A DNA stretch of 62,132 bases, filler included, from Sluysia triapertura (lineage: Eukaryota), in the NCBI GenBank assembly GCA_046118255.1. It is 5 parts of 5 records of this genome, joined end to end, with 100 filler letters (N's around TTAATTAATTAA, not from the genome) between each part and the next. Parts side by side here need not be neighbours in the genome. Positions count along the whole stretch, not along the records: positions 37,816 to 49,325 come from JBJNIA010183934.1; positions 49,426 to 62,132 come from JBJNIA010088131.1; 3 more parts are not named here. One strand, written 5' to 3'. Position 1 is the stretch's first letter; each line of letters starts with the position of its first letter. Made by a program: the position numbers and the translations under genes. This document shows, in pieces, positions 40,078-53,930 of this stretch. Below the pieces are notes generated by a model. It had not been told where the DNA came from. It did no database searches and was given only the letters and a program-made list of their open reading frames with translations.

Positions 40078-41694
40078 TTATTTATGCATATGATAAAAAG
40101 ATATACAAAATAAAATTCCAATTTCACATAGTTCAAATAAACTTAATATACTTAAACCGATCCACACACCTGTTATACTACCTATACTTGAGAAAATATT
40201 TATCAATGGAAATTTTTGTATTTGTTTAAAAGCGTCTCCATGACTTGTTACAAGATACATTTCGAATTTTGAATAAGTACTATTATACCAAGGATGACTA
40301 ATAAATTTAATATATTCATTTGATAGAATTGAATAGTTATTGGCTATTGTACTATTGTACCATTCTGCTAGTAAATTGTTAAGATATGGATGTGATGATG
40401 CTACATTGCTAGGCCATTGACTATTAAAACTAGAGTATGAATAATGATACGTATGGCACAACGATGGACAATTATTGCCGATGTTATTAAATAATTCTTG
40501 CATTTTTGTCATAAAGTTATCATAACAATTCCATTTTTTTATCAAATTATGAGAATTTACTAACAAATATAACAGATTTGTTAGATTATTTTGATAATTT
40601 CTAAAATCCATTATGATCTTTTTTGGAATCCATACACAATATGAAGGATTTTTATCATCAAAAGGAATATCCTTAGGTATTGGTAATAAATGACTTATAC
40701 ATTTACATTTTTCGAACAACAGATTTTGTAAACTAATTTTTCTACATAAATAATTCGAATAATTATATTTAGTTATTTCACCTTTCATGCCACGAATATA
40801 ATAATAGATCATGTTTACATTGGAAATACAATCGTCATTTAATAAGTGGTAATCCTGCATTTCTACACCTATAGACAACTGGTCCTCAAATTTGAAACCG
40901 AAACCATTATCCAAATCTGGATATACTCCACGATTCGTTGAAAAATAAACTGTAAACCCATCCATAATCACTTTATTAAATACAAACTGAAATGAATTAT
41001 ATAACGGATGTCTAAAAATAAAAGCTTTGAAATTTTCTTTAGTAAGAAAAATCTGTAATTTAAAATCTTCTCCAGCTTTAAATGTACCATTATCTAGTTT
41101 GCTGATAGTAATTTTTGCACAAGAACCAACTTTTAAATCAAAAAATGCGCTAATAACTATATTATTTGATTTACAAATTTGTTTTGCAAATTTACAATAA
41201 TAAATTAATTCGTAAAAGTAATTCGAAATATGATCTAAATCGTCAGATAAAAAGTATTCAGATTGTTTAATCATTATATTATTTTCTAACATATTGAAAT
41301 AAGTATTTTCTATTGGATTTCTTCGCGAAATTGATGATTGATTTTCAATCATTTTCCAAGTGTAATATAAATTGTTCCAATTTGTTGGATTAGAACTGTA
41401 ATAAGCATAAAATGTTTTAAATAAAACTATTGGTGCTTGAGTACAAATATATATATCTGGATAAGGTATTTTGTTTTCATTTAATTCAATCTGAGTATAA
41501 ACTTCATTTGAAGCTGCGCGAATAAAAATCATAATCATTTGATATAATAAACCAATAATACATAATAAGAATATTGTTACGCATATAACTTTTTTAATTG
41601 AATAATTCATAAAAATTATTAACATAACATTTGGTATAGATATAGTAAGCGATTTTAATAATAATGATTGATGTTTTCCTTTTTTATCCTCCAT
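40078..41694 (-). CDS. DEG/ENaC (amiloride-sensitive sodium channel family) subunit, single coding exon, 538 aa
   Basis: N-terminal TM1, post-M1 motif IPYPDIYIC, large Cys-rich ectodomain (CKFAKQIC, CKC, CPSLC..Y.Y), WPS motif, TM2 IFSSIGSITGVWIGLSILSLFELCE with GxS filter. Confidence 0.93.
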   Translation of the reverse strand: MEDKKGKHQSLLLKSLTISIPNVMLIIFMNYSIKKVICVTIFLLCIIGLLYQMIMIFIRAASNEVYTQIELNENKIPYPDIYICTQAPIVLFKTFYAYYSSNPTNWNNLYYTWKMIENQSSISRRNPIENTYFNMLENNIMIKQSEYFLSDDLDHISNYFYELIYYCKFAKQICKSNNIVISAFFDLKVGSCAKITISKLDNGTFKAGEDFKLQIFLTKENFKAFIFRHPLYNSFQFVFNKVIMDGFTVYFSTNRGVYPDLDNGFGFKFEDQLSIGVEMQDYHLLNDDCISNVNMIYYYIRGMKGEITKYNYSNYLCRKISLQNLLFEKCKCISHLLPIPKDIPFDDKNPSYCVWIPKKIIMDFRNYQNNLTNLLYLLVNSHNLIKKWNCYDNFMTKMQELFNNIGNNCPSLCHTYHYSYSSFNSQWPSNVASSHPYLNNLLAEWYNSTIANNYSILSNEYIKFISHPWYNSTYSKFEMYLVTSHGDAFKQIQKFPLINIFSSIGSITGVWIGLSILSLFELCEIGILFCISFYHMHK

Positions 41695-44539
41695 CTGAAA
41701 GTAGATATATTCAAATGTAATAAAAAAATATTAGTTTTATCTCTTTTCTTTAAATATCATAATTATTCAGATACACCATATGTTTCACTTTATGGTATAA
41801 TTTTTCTATGTTGCACAAAATTATTTACTCTTGATTATTGTAAAATTATAAAGTTAATAAAGTTGTAATATTTTATCGTTCTATTCCAATCGTGATTTAT
41901 TAAGAATGTTACTAAAGTTTAAAGTTCAAAGGACGCTGAGTAACTTTTATTATCTATACTTTTTTTCAGTATAATTGACGCATTGCTATAATTATATGTT
42001 TAACACAATAAGGTTTATTTGATAAAATGAAAACATTTTAGTATATAAATACGTACAAAGATTTTACTTTTTTAAATAAATTTAATTTAGCTGTACTGAC
42101 AAATTATCCAAATTTTTTAATTATACATTCTTCAAACAATGTATAATTATTACCCAATATCCAACTAAAATTATCTAGTAATATTCTTTTTTAAGCTAGA
42201 TAGAGAAAATTCTTGATTACATACTCCATTGCAAAGACATTTCTTATTTTGCAATATGTAATTAAAAAATATTTTATATATGTAAAAGTTTATTTTAATT
42301 AGAGGTATTTTTAAACAATTTCTATATTTAATATTCAATTACATTTAATTCGGAAATTAATTAAACAAAAATGTTTAAAAATATCTTCAATATGCACTTA
42401 AATATATACAACTATTTGTGTTGATGTTTGTGTATCTGGAGAGCATTGAAACAAGTTTAAAAATAATTTTATTAAAGCAAATTGTGAGAATAATAATTTT
42501 ATAATTTGATTGAGAATTAAAAAATGCAATCACACATTAGTATCAAACAATAAACAACTTTGTAAACTTCAATTTTCACAATAATTTGTCACTGAGTTTT
42601 GAAATATTTGAAAAAACGAAAATGTTATACTTGTCAAATCTCGCTTTATAGGCTATTTTGTATTTATAGGCTATTTTGAGATTTATAATTCAGTTAAATC
42701 TACAACAATATACATATTGTTTCTGATTTTATTCTTAATCTTACTGAAAAATGGACGTAAATGGGCATAAATATTTTAGAAGATCGGCAAACATATTGTG
42801 TTAATTCCAAAATAATGCTGCTCTTTATGAACATTCCGTATAATTTTAAACTTCATCAAATAATGTTGAAAATAACTAATGTTGACTGGTATACTTTTTA
42901 CATAATTACTTTCTATTAAAAATGTCACTTAAGCGTGGAAATTAAAAATTTTCATTTTTGCATTTTATTATTTAATTTATTTTTTATATCAATAACATTA
43001 CATCCTAACTTAAAACACATGAAATTTATTTGATGATCAAAGCAATCAACAAAATTTATGAGCATATTATTTAAAATAATTTATTAATGTTTACTATAAT
43101 CTGTATCGATTAAAAAAATATTTATTAATTCTAAATTTTCATTTTAATTATTTTTACGTGCAGTAAATTTATACCAAATTAAATTGTCATTATAAATGAA
43201 TATTTAATCCATATTGCTTGATTACTTCATCATTCTAAAATTAAGACATATCAAAGTTAAACTAAACTAAATTAAATCAAACTAGATCATATTACTTATT
43301 TTTAATAATTTAAAACAAACACAAAAGTTTTCGACTTATTCTAAAAGTAATTTTATATTAATCCATGGAAACAACATTTTGTAATATTTAAACTCTGAAA
43401 TTCAAATTTGAACCTATTTTTGTAATAGTATTAGTTAATTCAAAATTAAAAACTTACTTTTAAAAGCTCTCACAATGGAATTTTATAATGCTGTAAAATT
43501 TCCATAAATGTATATTTAAGTAACTAGGTAATGACAAGAAAACAATAGATTTGGAATAATATTTTCTATTTCCATCATATAAATCGAATAAATATGATAT
43601 TGTATTACGCATTTAAAATATTCTCTAATATATTGAATAGATTGGTATAAGAATTTGAAATGGATTGAATATAGTATAGTTATAGTTTCTGTCACATTTA
43701 TCAAACATTTCAGTAACATCTTTGTCAGTTATATTTGCATTTCTTAGCAATCATTATTGTAATACATATTAAAAAGGAATATAACAATGTAAAATATGTA
43801 TGCAAAAATGTTAATGTAAACATTTTATTGTAAAAAAATTTTTCATATTTAAGTTTGAATATAGCTATTATTTTGTGTTTATTAAAATAAATATTGTTTT
43901 ATAACTATTATAATTATTGCGTTGAACCTTCAGTTATGAAATTGTTATCTACATTTTGTTTAAATTGATAGATTTTCTTTAAAAAATAAAAGTTCGCTGT
44001 GATGTAAGACTTACACACTTAAAGACTTATTCTGATTATTTTAAAGTTATATTTAATACTATTAAGTGAAATTGGAGGTCATTTATTATTGTTAAGCCAT
44101 GTCATGCTCTAGTAATTCATTGAATAAAATAGTAGTTTGTAAAGATAATAAATAATAATAATTTATAAATGAAATAATAGCGAAATTTTTCAGCTGCTCT
44201 ATTTGTTGGGAATGCCCAGTTAGTGAGTAGAAAGTAGATTAAAAGGTTACAGAATTTAAAATATGTAAGAAAAGTGATATAAAATATCTGAATCATAATA
44301 ATATAAGCATAAATAAGTATTGTTGCGTTTTTTTGAAATCAATAGTAACAATAGACCAGTACTAATTTAATTTACTTAAATAAATCTCAAATGATTTCAA
44401 TATTCATTGCAACACGTATCACAACTAAATAAATTATCACAAATTTTCTTATTTTAATAATAATATTTATTCAACCCAAATTTAAGGTCTTAATTCAAAC
44501 TAACAACATAAGTCAATAATATAATAATTACAAAATCAA

Positions 44540-45520
44540 ATACAGTTTCTTATTCTAAGTTTCTGCTTGAACAATAATACAAGTAAACTAAATGAAAAAT
44601 AACTAAATTTCAAAGTTAACAATAAAATTTATGACGATATTAAGACCACAAAGAAAACAGATGTGGCTCAACAAGTAACAAAAATTAAAATACAAATATC
44701 TGAAACTGCAATCATTAATAATAATATTTATATCTTATCGAATAACTCTATTCTAACTTAATAGCCGAAAAAACTGTAAAGTAATTTGGTCATGGAGTCT
44801 TCCTAAATTCCATTAAAATCAGTTTAACAATCACTTAATTGAAAATTAATAATTAAATACTTCAAAATAAATTGGACGAGAGCCGCCCAAATATCAAATA
44901 AAGTCAATTTAACGAGAGCTTAATGGAAAAATAATAATTAAACACTTAAAAATTCTTCAAAATAACTTGGACTGGGAGTCTTCCAAAAATCAAATAAAGT
45001 CAATTTAATAAATTGTTCAATAATATTACTAATAAACAATTTACCGTATTGAGCTTTCTTTCAATACTGTACGATACGATTGTGTTTAAAATTTGTTAAG
45101 TATTCGCTTTTATATCTCTGTATCGTCCAATCACTTTCAAACTCAGGAATTACTTTTACACAAGTCATCAAAACCTCTTTTAAAGATTAAACTGACTAAA
45201 ACGACTTTGACAGTTACATGGTATGCCCTGTCAAGCAAAACATAACAATTTGATTAACAATCAACTCTTATTTTTTCTTCTACTCTACTCGATCTATTTT
45301 TTCATGAATCACTTATAACATTAAAATAACAATTATTATTATTGACATACATTAAAATGATAAATTTAACAATTTTTACACTTTAATTAATTTTCAATTC
45401 CTCAGTCTCAATTTTTTAATGGAAAATGTTTAAGGTTCTCATTACCAAACAAACCATTTCACAAACATTTCAACTTCATTTTCGGATACTCTTGTTTCAC
45501 AGCAATCATTCCATGCCCAA
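44540..45520. repeat. Second copy of the long LTR-like repeat, lacking the tRNA-derived insertion
   Basis: Colinear with 17900-19130, including the TTGGAC...TCTTCC tandem units, but the segment equivalent to ~18730-18890 is absent at ~45275. Confidence 0.7.
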
Positions 45521-46727
45521 TTCATTGGTGAAGAATAAAGGTAGATGTAATGGTTAAGACTCAGGATAACAGAATAAGTTGAACAATATTAAAGAATTAG
45601 AATGAGGTATTATGATGAATTGTAATGGCAGGATAAGTATAGTTAAATTAGACACTTAAATTTAAAATTACTTAAATTAAAACAAAATAATGAAATATAT
45701 GCAGAAATAAGCATTTATAAGGTTTTATTTGTTAAAATATTAAAGTACATTTGTTAATTAACTCGATTAAAATTTGTTTAATTTGATAACTCAATAAATA
45801 ATGTTTGTTCATGATATAATGATTTTAGATTTAGCATATAATATTGAGTTTTATGAGTATTTTTAATGATGAAGTATTGCGAAGCACGTCAACGTAAATA
45901 ACGTAAAAATTAGTTATTTTAATTTATTTTTATAATTTAAAGTATTAAAGTAATATTCCGATGTCGAAGTATTAATAAAGTACATATCAAATTGATGCTT
46001 ATAAAGATACTAATTCAAATATGTTATAGAGCTTGACGCACAACATATTATACAAAAGATTCCTAAGAGAAATAAATTTATTATTTCATTAATTTGATTC
46101 TTAAATTAAGTTTCAAATTACGTTATTATTGTAAAAGCAATGTAAATTTCAAATTTTAATTAGATATTTTTAAATTGTAATTACATAATATTTAAAAGAT
46201 AAGGGGATTGTTTACCACAAATCCCATTATCTTTCGATACTTAAAATGAGAATGAATTTGAACATACAGGGAAATTGCTGTCGACATTTAATCAGCGAAA
46301 TTAGACAGCTTTAATTTCCGTCGTGTTCAATTTCTGATTTTTAATTTCTCTAATTACCATAAAAATTATATATATAAGCAGTTACATTTCTTCAAGAAAA
46401 ACATGTAAAAAGCAGTAAAGACATGAATTAATGATTTCTTCCTAGCTGTAAGGACGCTGCCTTGATTCATCTATGGTTAACGGCGATATCAAGGCTTATT
46501 CTTTAGTAATTGATTAAAATAAGTATTTAGGGTTAGAGGAATAATGGTTAGCGAGTTATTTTATATTGATTATAATTTTGTATTAATACGGGTGCGAAAC
46601 TTTAAATAAGTTGTTATTATAAAGAATATTGTAGTAGTAATTTTGTGATAATATAAAGAATATATTGAGATTTTGAATTTATTTAGTTATTGAGTTTTAT
46701 TCTAATAATTTGGAAAATGAAAGTAGT

Positions 46728-48262
46728 AAAAGACACAATATAAATATGAAAATTTCAGTATTTCTTAGTTAAAAATTAATTAAATTCTACTTTGATCAAT
46801 GTGGAGGTTTAACTCACATGAAATTGGTCAAACCATATCTTCATCTGAAGATCTCTTTAAAACACATTACAATTTAACGTAGTATTCCGCATTCAAAGTT
46901 ATTCAAGCAAACGTAATTTTTCTTAATTAAGTTAATTAAGATTTTAATTATTTATTTATTTTAACATGTTTTATTCCAAGTTTTGTGTCTTTTAATACTT
47001 TTATTTTCATGTCGGGTTCACCAAATGTTAGTCTTCATAAAATGGACTGACCGCGGATCGAACCCGGGACTTTTCGCTGCGCAGTTCGATTCTCTATCAG
47101 CCAGTAAACAATTTTTAGATTAGTAAACTCGATTATACTACGTGGCACTTTAGGCCTGTATTCCAACATAAGTTTAAAGGTTTTATTATGATCATAAAGT
47201 TGTTAAATATTTTATAAGGTACTCAGGAAGCTCTATATGTTCTCACTTTCACTACTTTGATTCCTTTTTCTACTTATTTATTATAATTATTAATATATCA
47301 AATTTATCTTTAATATTATTAACAATTATTTTAATTCTTGAACATTCCAAAGGTTCCCACATTTTACAAGGTTACTCGAAGGTCTCAAAAGTTTATTAAA
47401 GTTTCAAAAGTCTTCATAAGGGTTTCAATAACCGTCAAAGGTCTTTGTGACTGAGAGGTGTTCTTAGGTTTCAAAATGATTATAAACATTTTAATGTTCA
47501 TTATTCTTCTTCTAGGAATATTTATTTATGTTTATATCATCATATTTCAGCTATTTTATATCACTTATAATTTCACTTACCTTTTAATCTATTTTCTATA
47601 CTATAACTGGACAATCCGAACACTGATGCTTGTGCAAGAATGATGATGAAGAAAATATATAGAGTCATTTCGAAACCGAAGAGTTCCTTGGAGTTCCAAA
47701 GAACCTTATGAAGGCATAAGAAGGTTTTGAGAAGGTGTTTTGAAGTCCGAACATATCTTTGAACCTTAAACCCTCGGAATATTTGACACATACTTGATCT
47801 TTTGGAATCTTTGAGAACTTCGAGTAACTTTGTTAAAGTGTTTGATATATGTAAAATGTTCAAGAATTAAAATCATGTTTAATAAAATTAAAGATAGACT
47901 TGACACATTAATAATTAACATAAAATATAGAAAAAGGTATTAGAATATTGAAAGTGAAAACATCTAGAAAACTTGAGTACCTTATAAAGTACTTTATAAC
48001 CTTTAAACATAAAATAAAGTAAGTTAAATTAATTAATTAATTAATTAAAATCTTCATTAACTAAATTAAAAAAATAACTTTGAATGCGGAATGCTATGTT
48101 AAAATTGTAATGTGTCTTAAAGAGATCTTCCGAGGAAGATATGGTTTGAACGAGTTCATGTGAGGAAAACCTCCACATTGATCAAAGTCGAATTTAATTA
48201 ATTTTTAATTTAAAAATGTTGAATTTTTTCATATTGCAAGATTTTATATTGTGTTCTCTTTA
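46728..48262. repeat. ~1.5-kb imperfect inverted repeat (foldback) formed by two copies of repeat modules B and A
   Basis: e.g. ctttgatcaatgtggaggttt (~46790) vs aaacctccacattgatcaaag (~48168); ttataaggtactcag (~47212) vs ttgagtaccttataa (~47973); centre near 47530-47620. Confidence 0.85.
47026..47110 (-). mobile_element. tRNA-derived element, copy 3 (small deletion in the A box)
   Basis: Forward strand TGTTAGTCTTCATAAAATGGACTGACCGCGGATCGAACCCGGGAC...GCTGCGCAGTTCGATTCTCTATCAGCC matches copies 1 and 2. Confidence 0.75.
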
Positions 48263-49325
48263 TTGAAAATGTGATTCGAGCCCCTACGATCCTAGGCTTA
48301 GAGACTTAAGTGCTAGTCTGTAGGTAGCAATAATTTTACTTATACTGCAGGTTAATCAATTTATAATTTATGATGATTCTTTATTAAATAGAATTGAACT
48401 TAACAGAGATTTTTAGAATGATTCGGATTAAATCGAACCGAACAAATTTAATTAAAACTTAAGTATTAATTTACTCAAAAATTAATAGAGATCTATTTAA
48501 TTTTAATTTACTCTGATTCTTCTATTTAGAAAGAACCAAAAAAGTTCAATACTTTACTTTTTATACAATATTATTCTTTAGAATAATGATTGTGTGTGAG
48601 AACTTGTTAGATTAAGAAAATTAATTTAAAGTTGTAAGTTACCAGCCGTTGGATTTGATAAGATAAAGTAATGGAGGTTAAGAGAGCTTTAACTATAGGC
48701 TAATTGACTTAACTATTAATTTAGACTAACTGATTCAATCAGTGTTTACTATTACTGTATTGAATCAGCCTTCTTGCAGCAAAAGTTGTAATCATTTTAT
48801 TTTATTCTGTTTTGTGATTATGATACAAAAATGTAGTTCTTTATTATATAGTGTTTGGATAATTGCTAGAAAGTCGGTATTTGTTGTACATGTCGACAAG
48901 ACATGCTTACTTCTTAGAGTCGGTTTTATTCCAACCAATTTTATTAATTAAATTTAAATTTTATTAATCAAATTTAAATCAAGTATAAATTTCCGTCGAA
49001 TTATCTAGCAATTATCCAAAGATAATGAGATATGTGGCAAACAAACTCTTATCTTTTGGACATAAAATTAAAATTTAATATCATAGTTACATTAATACTT
49101 AATAATACAACAATAGATTAACTTAAATTGAATAAAAATCTAATCAATTAAAAAACTAATTTTTAATAACTTTTGATATAATACGAAACACGTTAACGGT
49201 ACGTCACACGTCAATAATGCAAGAGTTTTTATCTGCTGTGATTTTCTCAAAATACGGCAAAATAAAATTAAGCAGGGTCCGGCTATAGTAAGCGTCTTAT
49301 AACTATTAGTTGGCACTTCTATAGC

Positions 49326-49425
49326 NNNNNNNNNNNNNNNNNNNNNNNNNNNNNNNNNNNNNNNNNNNNTTAATTAATTAANNNNNNNNNNNNNNNNNNN
49401 NNNNNNNNNNNNNNNNNNNNNNNNN
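49326..49425. other. Artificial contig spacer
   Basis: 44 N + TTAATTAATTAA + 44 N. Confidence 0.97.
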
Positions 49426-50789
49426 ATAAATCCTGTGTATTGTTATATGTTAATTGTGTTTTTCTTGTTGATTAATTCGGGCTTTAAGCCCTTTTTGTTA
49501 AATTTTAAACGCAAACTAGTTAATTGTTTTTGTTTAATTAAACTTATTTTTGTAAAGTTAGAAAATTATAAAATAAAAATGATAATGATGCCATCCCCCT
49601 CACAGCTTGATTGTTTGCAATCAATTTGAATTTTAATTGCATATCAAAAACATTCAATTTCGTAATTCTGCCACCATTTGCAAAAATAACCAATGAATAA
49701 TCTTTTAATCTGCATTAATATTGTTTTAGTTTCCATTGATTAAATTTTAAATGACTTATATCTTCTAAAACATGACATTTGTGATTAATAGTTGCTAGAA
49801 TGACAAAAAATGACGAAATTATTTCTTCGTATCTATTTATATATCCATAAATTTTTATATCCATATGTTAATAAAGAAATGACGAAACTCTTTGTTCTAC
49901 TCACGTGTGCACACTTTTGGAGTAAAACATTTTTCATGTTTATGCATACAATAAAGATTTGTGTATAAATAAGAGGCAAGTTTTCTCATAGCATTTTCGT
50001 TTGCAATATCAGGTCCAAGTTGTATGCAACACCAATTTTACCAATCCAACGGCGCAACAAAATCATTATCCAATAGTAAACCAAAATTTTCGCCAGACAG
50101 AATCATTTGATACAAAATTTGATAATTTAATGAATATAAAAAAACTTACAGAATACAAAACTTAGAATCTTTAAGTCATGAAATGTATTTTTTTCCAAGA
50201 AGGTATATATAATTTTACAATTTCAAATCACCTTTAAAAATCCCGTCGACACAGTTTGGTTGTATGTTATTAGAAGTAACATCACTAAATGAAATGCTAA
50301 ACATGTTCAACATACTAAATGTAATTCTAGAATATCCTTATAAAAACTAATGTTCTGATTATGTCACAAGATCGATATAGAAAGTATTATTGTAGTAGTG
50401 TCAGGATTACTTGTAATAAGAAAGACATAAATGGCTGATAAACATCAATTTGATGGATATTAGGTGTTATCGAGCGTTAACTTTTCAATATTTTGGGTGG
50501 GTTGAAATAGAGAAAATATTGGAATATCATTAAGGAACTCCATATTTATTTGACAAATGACCTCTGAAATAATAAACAAAATTTTAAATTGTTTTTGTAT
50601 TATAGCAAGTGTCCCATTTTTAAATCTGAAAAATCGCATTAACCAGCATTTTAAGCTTGATGCATTGTATTATTACTTTATTAATTTTAAGATTTAGTAT
50701 GTATATTTTGCATCTAATTCGTATGACTGTTGTTTATTTCGATTGTAGCTTATTTATTTAGAACAATATATTGAATGTTTTGTAACTTA

Positions 50790-52860
50790 ATGGTTGCAAG
50801 AAGCGTAACACGGCACTCTGTATTTGGCGATGCCACTGAACTTCCTCACAATGTACTGCCAACAAATCTTCAAGTTGCCCAACATTTCTTGCATATGGAA
50901 AAAAGAATGATTCAAACAAAGACAAATACAGAGCTGTGTCAGATGCTATTATCAGTCTGTGGAACAAAGCTTCCATTCCAACGATGCATTAACGATCTGA
51001 AATCAAACGTGTCGAAGCAATGATTTCCACAGGTTCATAACTGTTTTGTTGTTTGATACAGCTGCATGTAAGTGGAGTATGTCTTATGACAATTCTACAA
51101 AACAAGTAAGCGTATCTTGTCATTATCCTAGAAATTTGAAAGTTTTATCAGATGAACTGTTGTTTTTATATGATCAAAGAAACTTTCGCAAAATGTTTAT
51201 TGCAAATGTAAATGTGTGCATAGTAGACTATTATGTGCATTAGAACATCAATGTGTGTTTATTAATGTGTTAAATTTGATATTTTTATTATTGATTTATA
51301 AACAACAATTAAAACAATTAATATTTGGATTTTAATAACAATTATTATTACTATTGATTCATTAACAATATTTTGATTAATTATTAAAAAATCAATTATT
51401 TTTAATCGAAAATCTTCAACTAACGTAAGCGTTTTATTAAATAAAATAATTATAAAATATTTTTTGTATTATTTTAAATAAGACCAAGGTCAACACAAAA
51501 GTATATATAAAACCACATATTCAGATGTATTACACACACGTAACAAAACTCTTAAAGAGTAGAAACAAAAAATTTTTTATAAATATTAATTGCAAGGCAT
51601 TCAAGAAATTTACAGTCAGGATTTTGTTGTTTTTAAAAAAATAATTTACGTTAGTTTATTTTATTAAGTTCTTGATACGAATTAAGTATCATCGTAAAAT
51701 AGACTTAAAATCTTCATTTTGTAAAGATCTGGAAAACTTTTTAATAGTTTTCACGTAAAATACAATTTTTAAATTTCTTCATTTAAAATTAACTTATTAG
51801 TTAATTATCGTAAATTCATATTTATATCTATTGAATTGTTGTAATTTTTAAATTGTGGTAAGTGTGAATATATAATTAATTAAAAAAAGGAGTTTTAAAG
51901 CTTTATCAGAGAATTTAATTCTGATCTCGTAATTTTCGCAAACAATTATAATATAAAATTTCACATTTAAAATGTTGATTTTTCGGCCAGCTAAGTATGT
52001 TAATATGCAATTTTGAGAACCTCCCTCGTATAATTCATTAAAATTAATAAACGCTTTAGATAGAATCTAGTTAAGATAGAATCTTCAATTGAAATTCTTT
52101 TATCTATAAATCCAACGGCTAGCCCTAACCGGTAAGCCTAGTACGTTGGTGGACTCACGTACAAGCTTTACCTTATTCTATAAGCAAAATCGAACACAAA
52201 TATAGACTTCCAAGCAACAACCCGATTGAAGAAGCGCTTACAACGGAAAGAAACAAGAAGTAAAATGTGAAGAAAATTTTCAGATGCTGAGAGTAAATTA
52301 AATCTTAGTGAAGAACAATCTAGTAACAGTTGTGCAAGTGATCAAGATGTTGTAGAGGACAGCGATGACGAGGTACTTCATGATAATGAGGATAAATCCA
52401 GTAGTAGTGATGATGTAGCTGAAAGTCGGATGCAAATAACCCTTCCAAATTTTGCAAAAGAAGCAGACAGATATGGTATGGCAGCATCTCTAGCAACAGC
52501 AATGTTTATCGATTTTGGCTCATAACCAAGCATCATCAAAGCTTTGTGATAGACAAGAATAAAGTACATTGTGAGAGGTTAAAGTTAAGAAAGGGTTTGT
52601 AATGTGATATGCGACAGTCACCAAAAGCTATCAGAAGTATTTACTTTGATGTTAGATGAGACACAACTTTGGTCAAAGTAAACAGAAATGGCAAGTGGTA
52701 TGGTGACACTACTGTTGAAGATCATTATGTTCTGGTTGAAGAACCAGGTAGTAGCTATCTGGTTATGGTTTTGAGGGCAAAGATGGCTTTATTCGTGCAC
52801 AAGTAAATTCTTGCAATTCAATGCCTCGTTTTGATTCGAAACAAGATTACTGTGATAACT
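50790..52860 (+). mobile_element. Decayed DDE DNA transposon, tentatively Sola2-like; interrupted at ~51220-52180 and internally deleted
   Basis: Ordered fragments LPHNVLPTNLQV, WNKASIP, LFDTAACK...FLYDQRNFRKMFI, ADRYGM...AASLATA, IYFDVR*DTTLV...EDHYVLVEEPGSSYL, then jumps to C-terminal DGFIRAQVNS..SMPRFDSKQDY; superfamily name is from memory. Confidence 0.65.
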
Positions 52861-53569
52861 TTTTGCAGTAACTATTTGTTAGAAAAGGACATACCTTTAT
52901 TCTGTGAGTAATTCTCATTGCTTGACTGTTTATATTTGCAAACAATATTGATTTACGCTAGGTGTATCTCATTATTTGATAAATCTGCTGTGGTTGTCAA
53001 TACCATTAAAGCGAGTATTTTCTAAATTAAAAATGGCGCAATTACAAGTGTCCAGAAATAATTTCGTTGTGATCTTCTTTCATTTCACATGCAAACGTAA
53101 AGGTTTCCTGAGTTCCGTGACAAGGTTTTATTTTCAACAGAGTATTTAATAGAGTAATTTTATTTACTACTTTTATTTAAGTTTTAAACTTACTATTTAA
53201 AATATTAATAATAATGGAAATAAATAGTGATAAAATTATAATGATAATAACAAATATGTTACTTATAATTTTAAACATAATAATAATAATAATAATAGTA
53301 GTAGTAGTAAGCATAAAACATGTCATCATATTATCATCGTATGTATTTTATCTTCGAATTCATTATCAATGTTATCATCAATCATCATCGTCATTATTAA
53401 TCATCATCACGTTTTCAGTGGTCATCTGAATCATTATTACTATTACTATTATTGGTTTCATAAACATCATTGTTATTATTACGTCATAATCGATTCCATT
53501 ATCAAGATAATAATCATTATTTTTTCTTATCACACTATGTACGTATAATTTTTACACTTTTTATATTAA

Positions 53570-53930
53570 CTCATTACTGGCCGTTGACATAGTAATATGT
53601 CATTTTTTATTCGAAATTTAGTAGCCGCTGACCTAGTAGAACGTTTTTTGACAGAATAATTTTGTTTGTGTTGCCATCAAACAGTGGATTAAGAATTTTT
53701 ACGGCCAGTTCTGAGTTAACTGATCAGATGAGTGAATATGTTCGAGTTCATTAATTTTCTCAAAAAAACGCGTTTACCAAATATCAAATTATGAAATATT
53801 TCTTGCAGAAAATTGATGATTTCAATGACATTAGATATAATTTAAAAGAGTCAAATTCTTATGCGTTGTTGGATTATAATAATGAAGCTTGTCAGATGTA
53901 CATATTACCTCCAGTAAAACGTAAGTTTGT
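53570..53930 (+). mobile_element. Possible piggyBac-like 5' end remnant
   Basis: TTAA|CTCATTACTGGCC terminus; acidic frame ending QMYILPP, like piggyBac-type N-termini. Confidence 0.35.
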
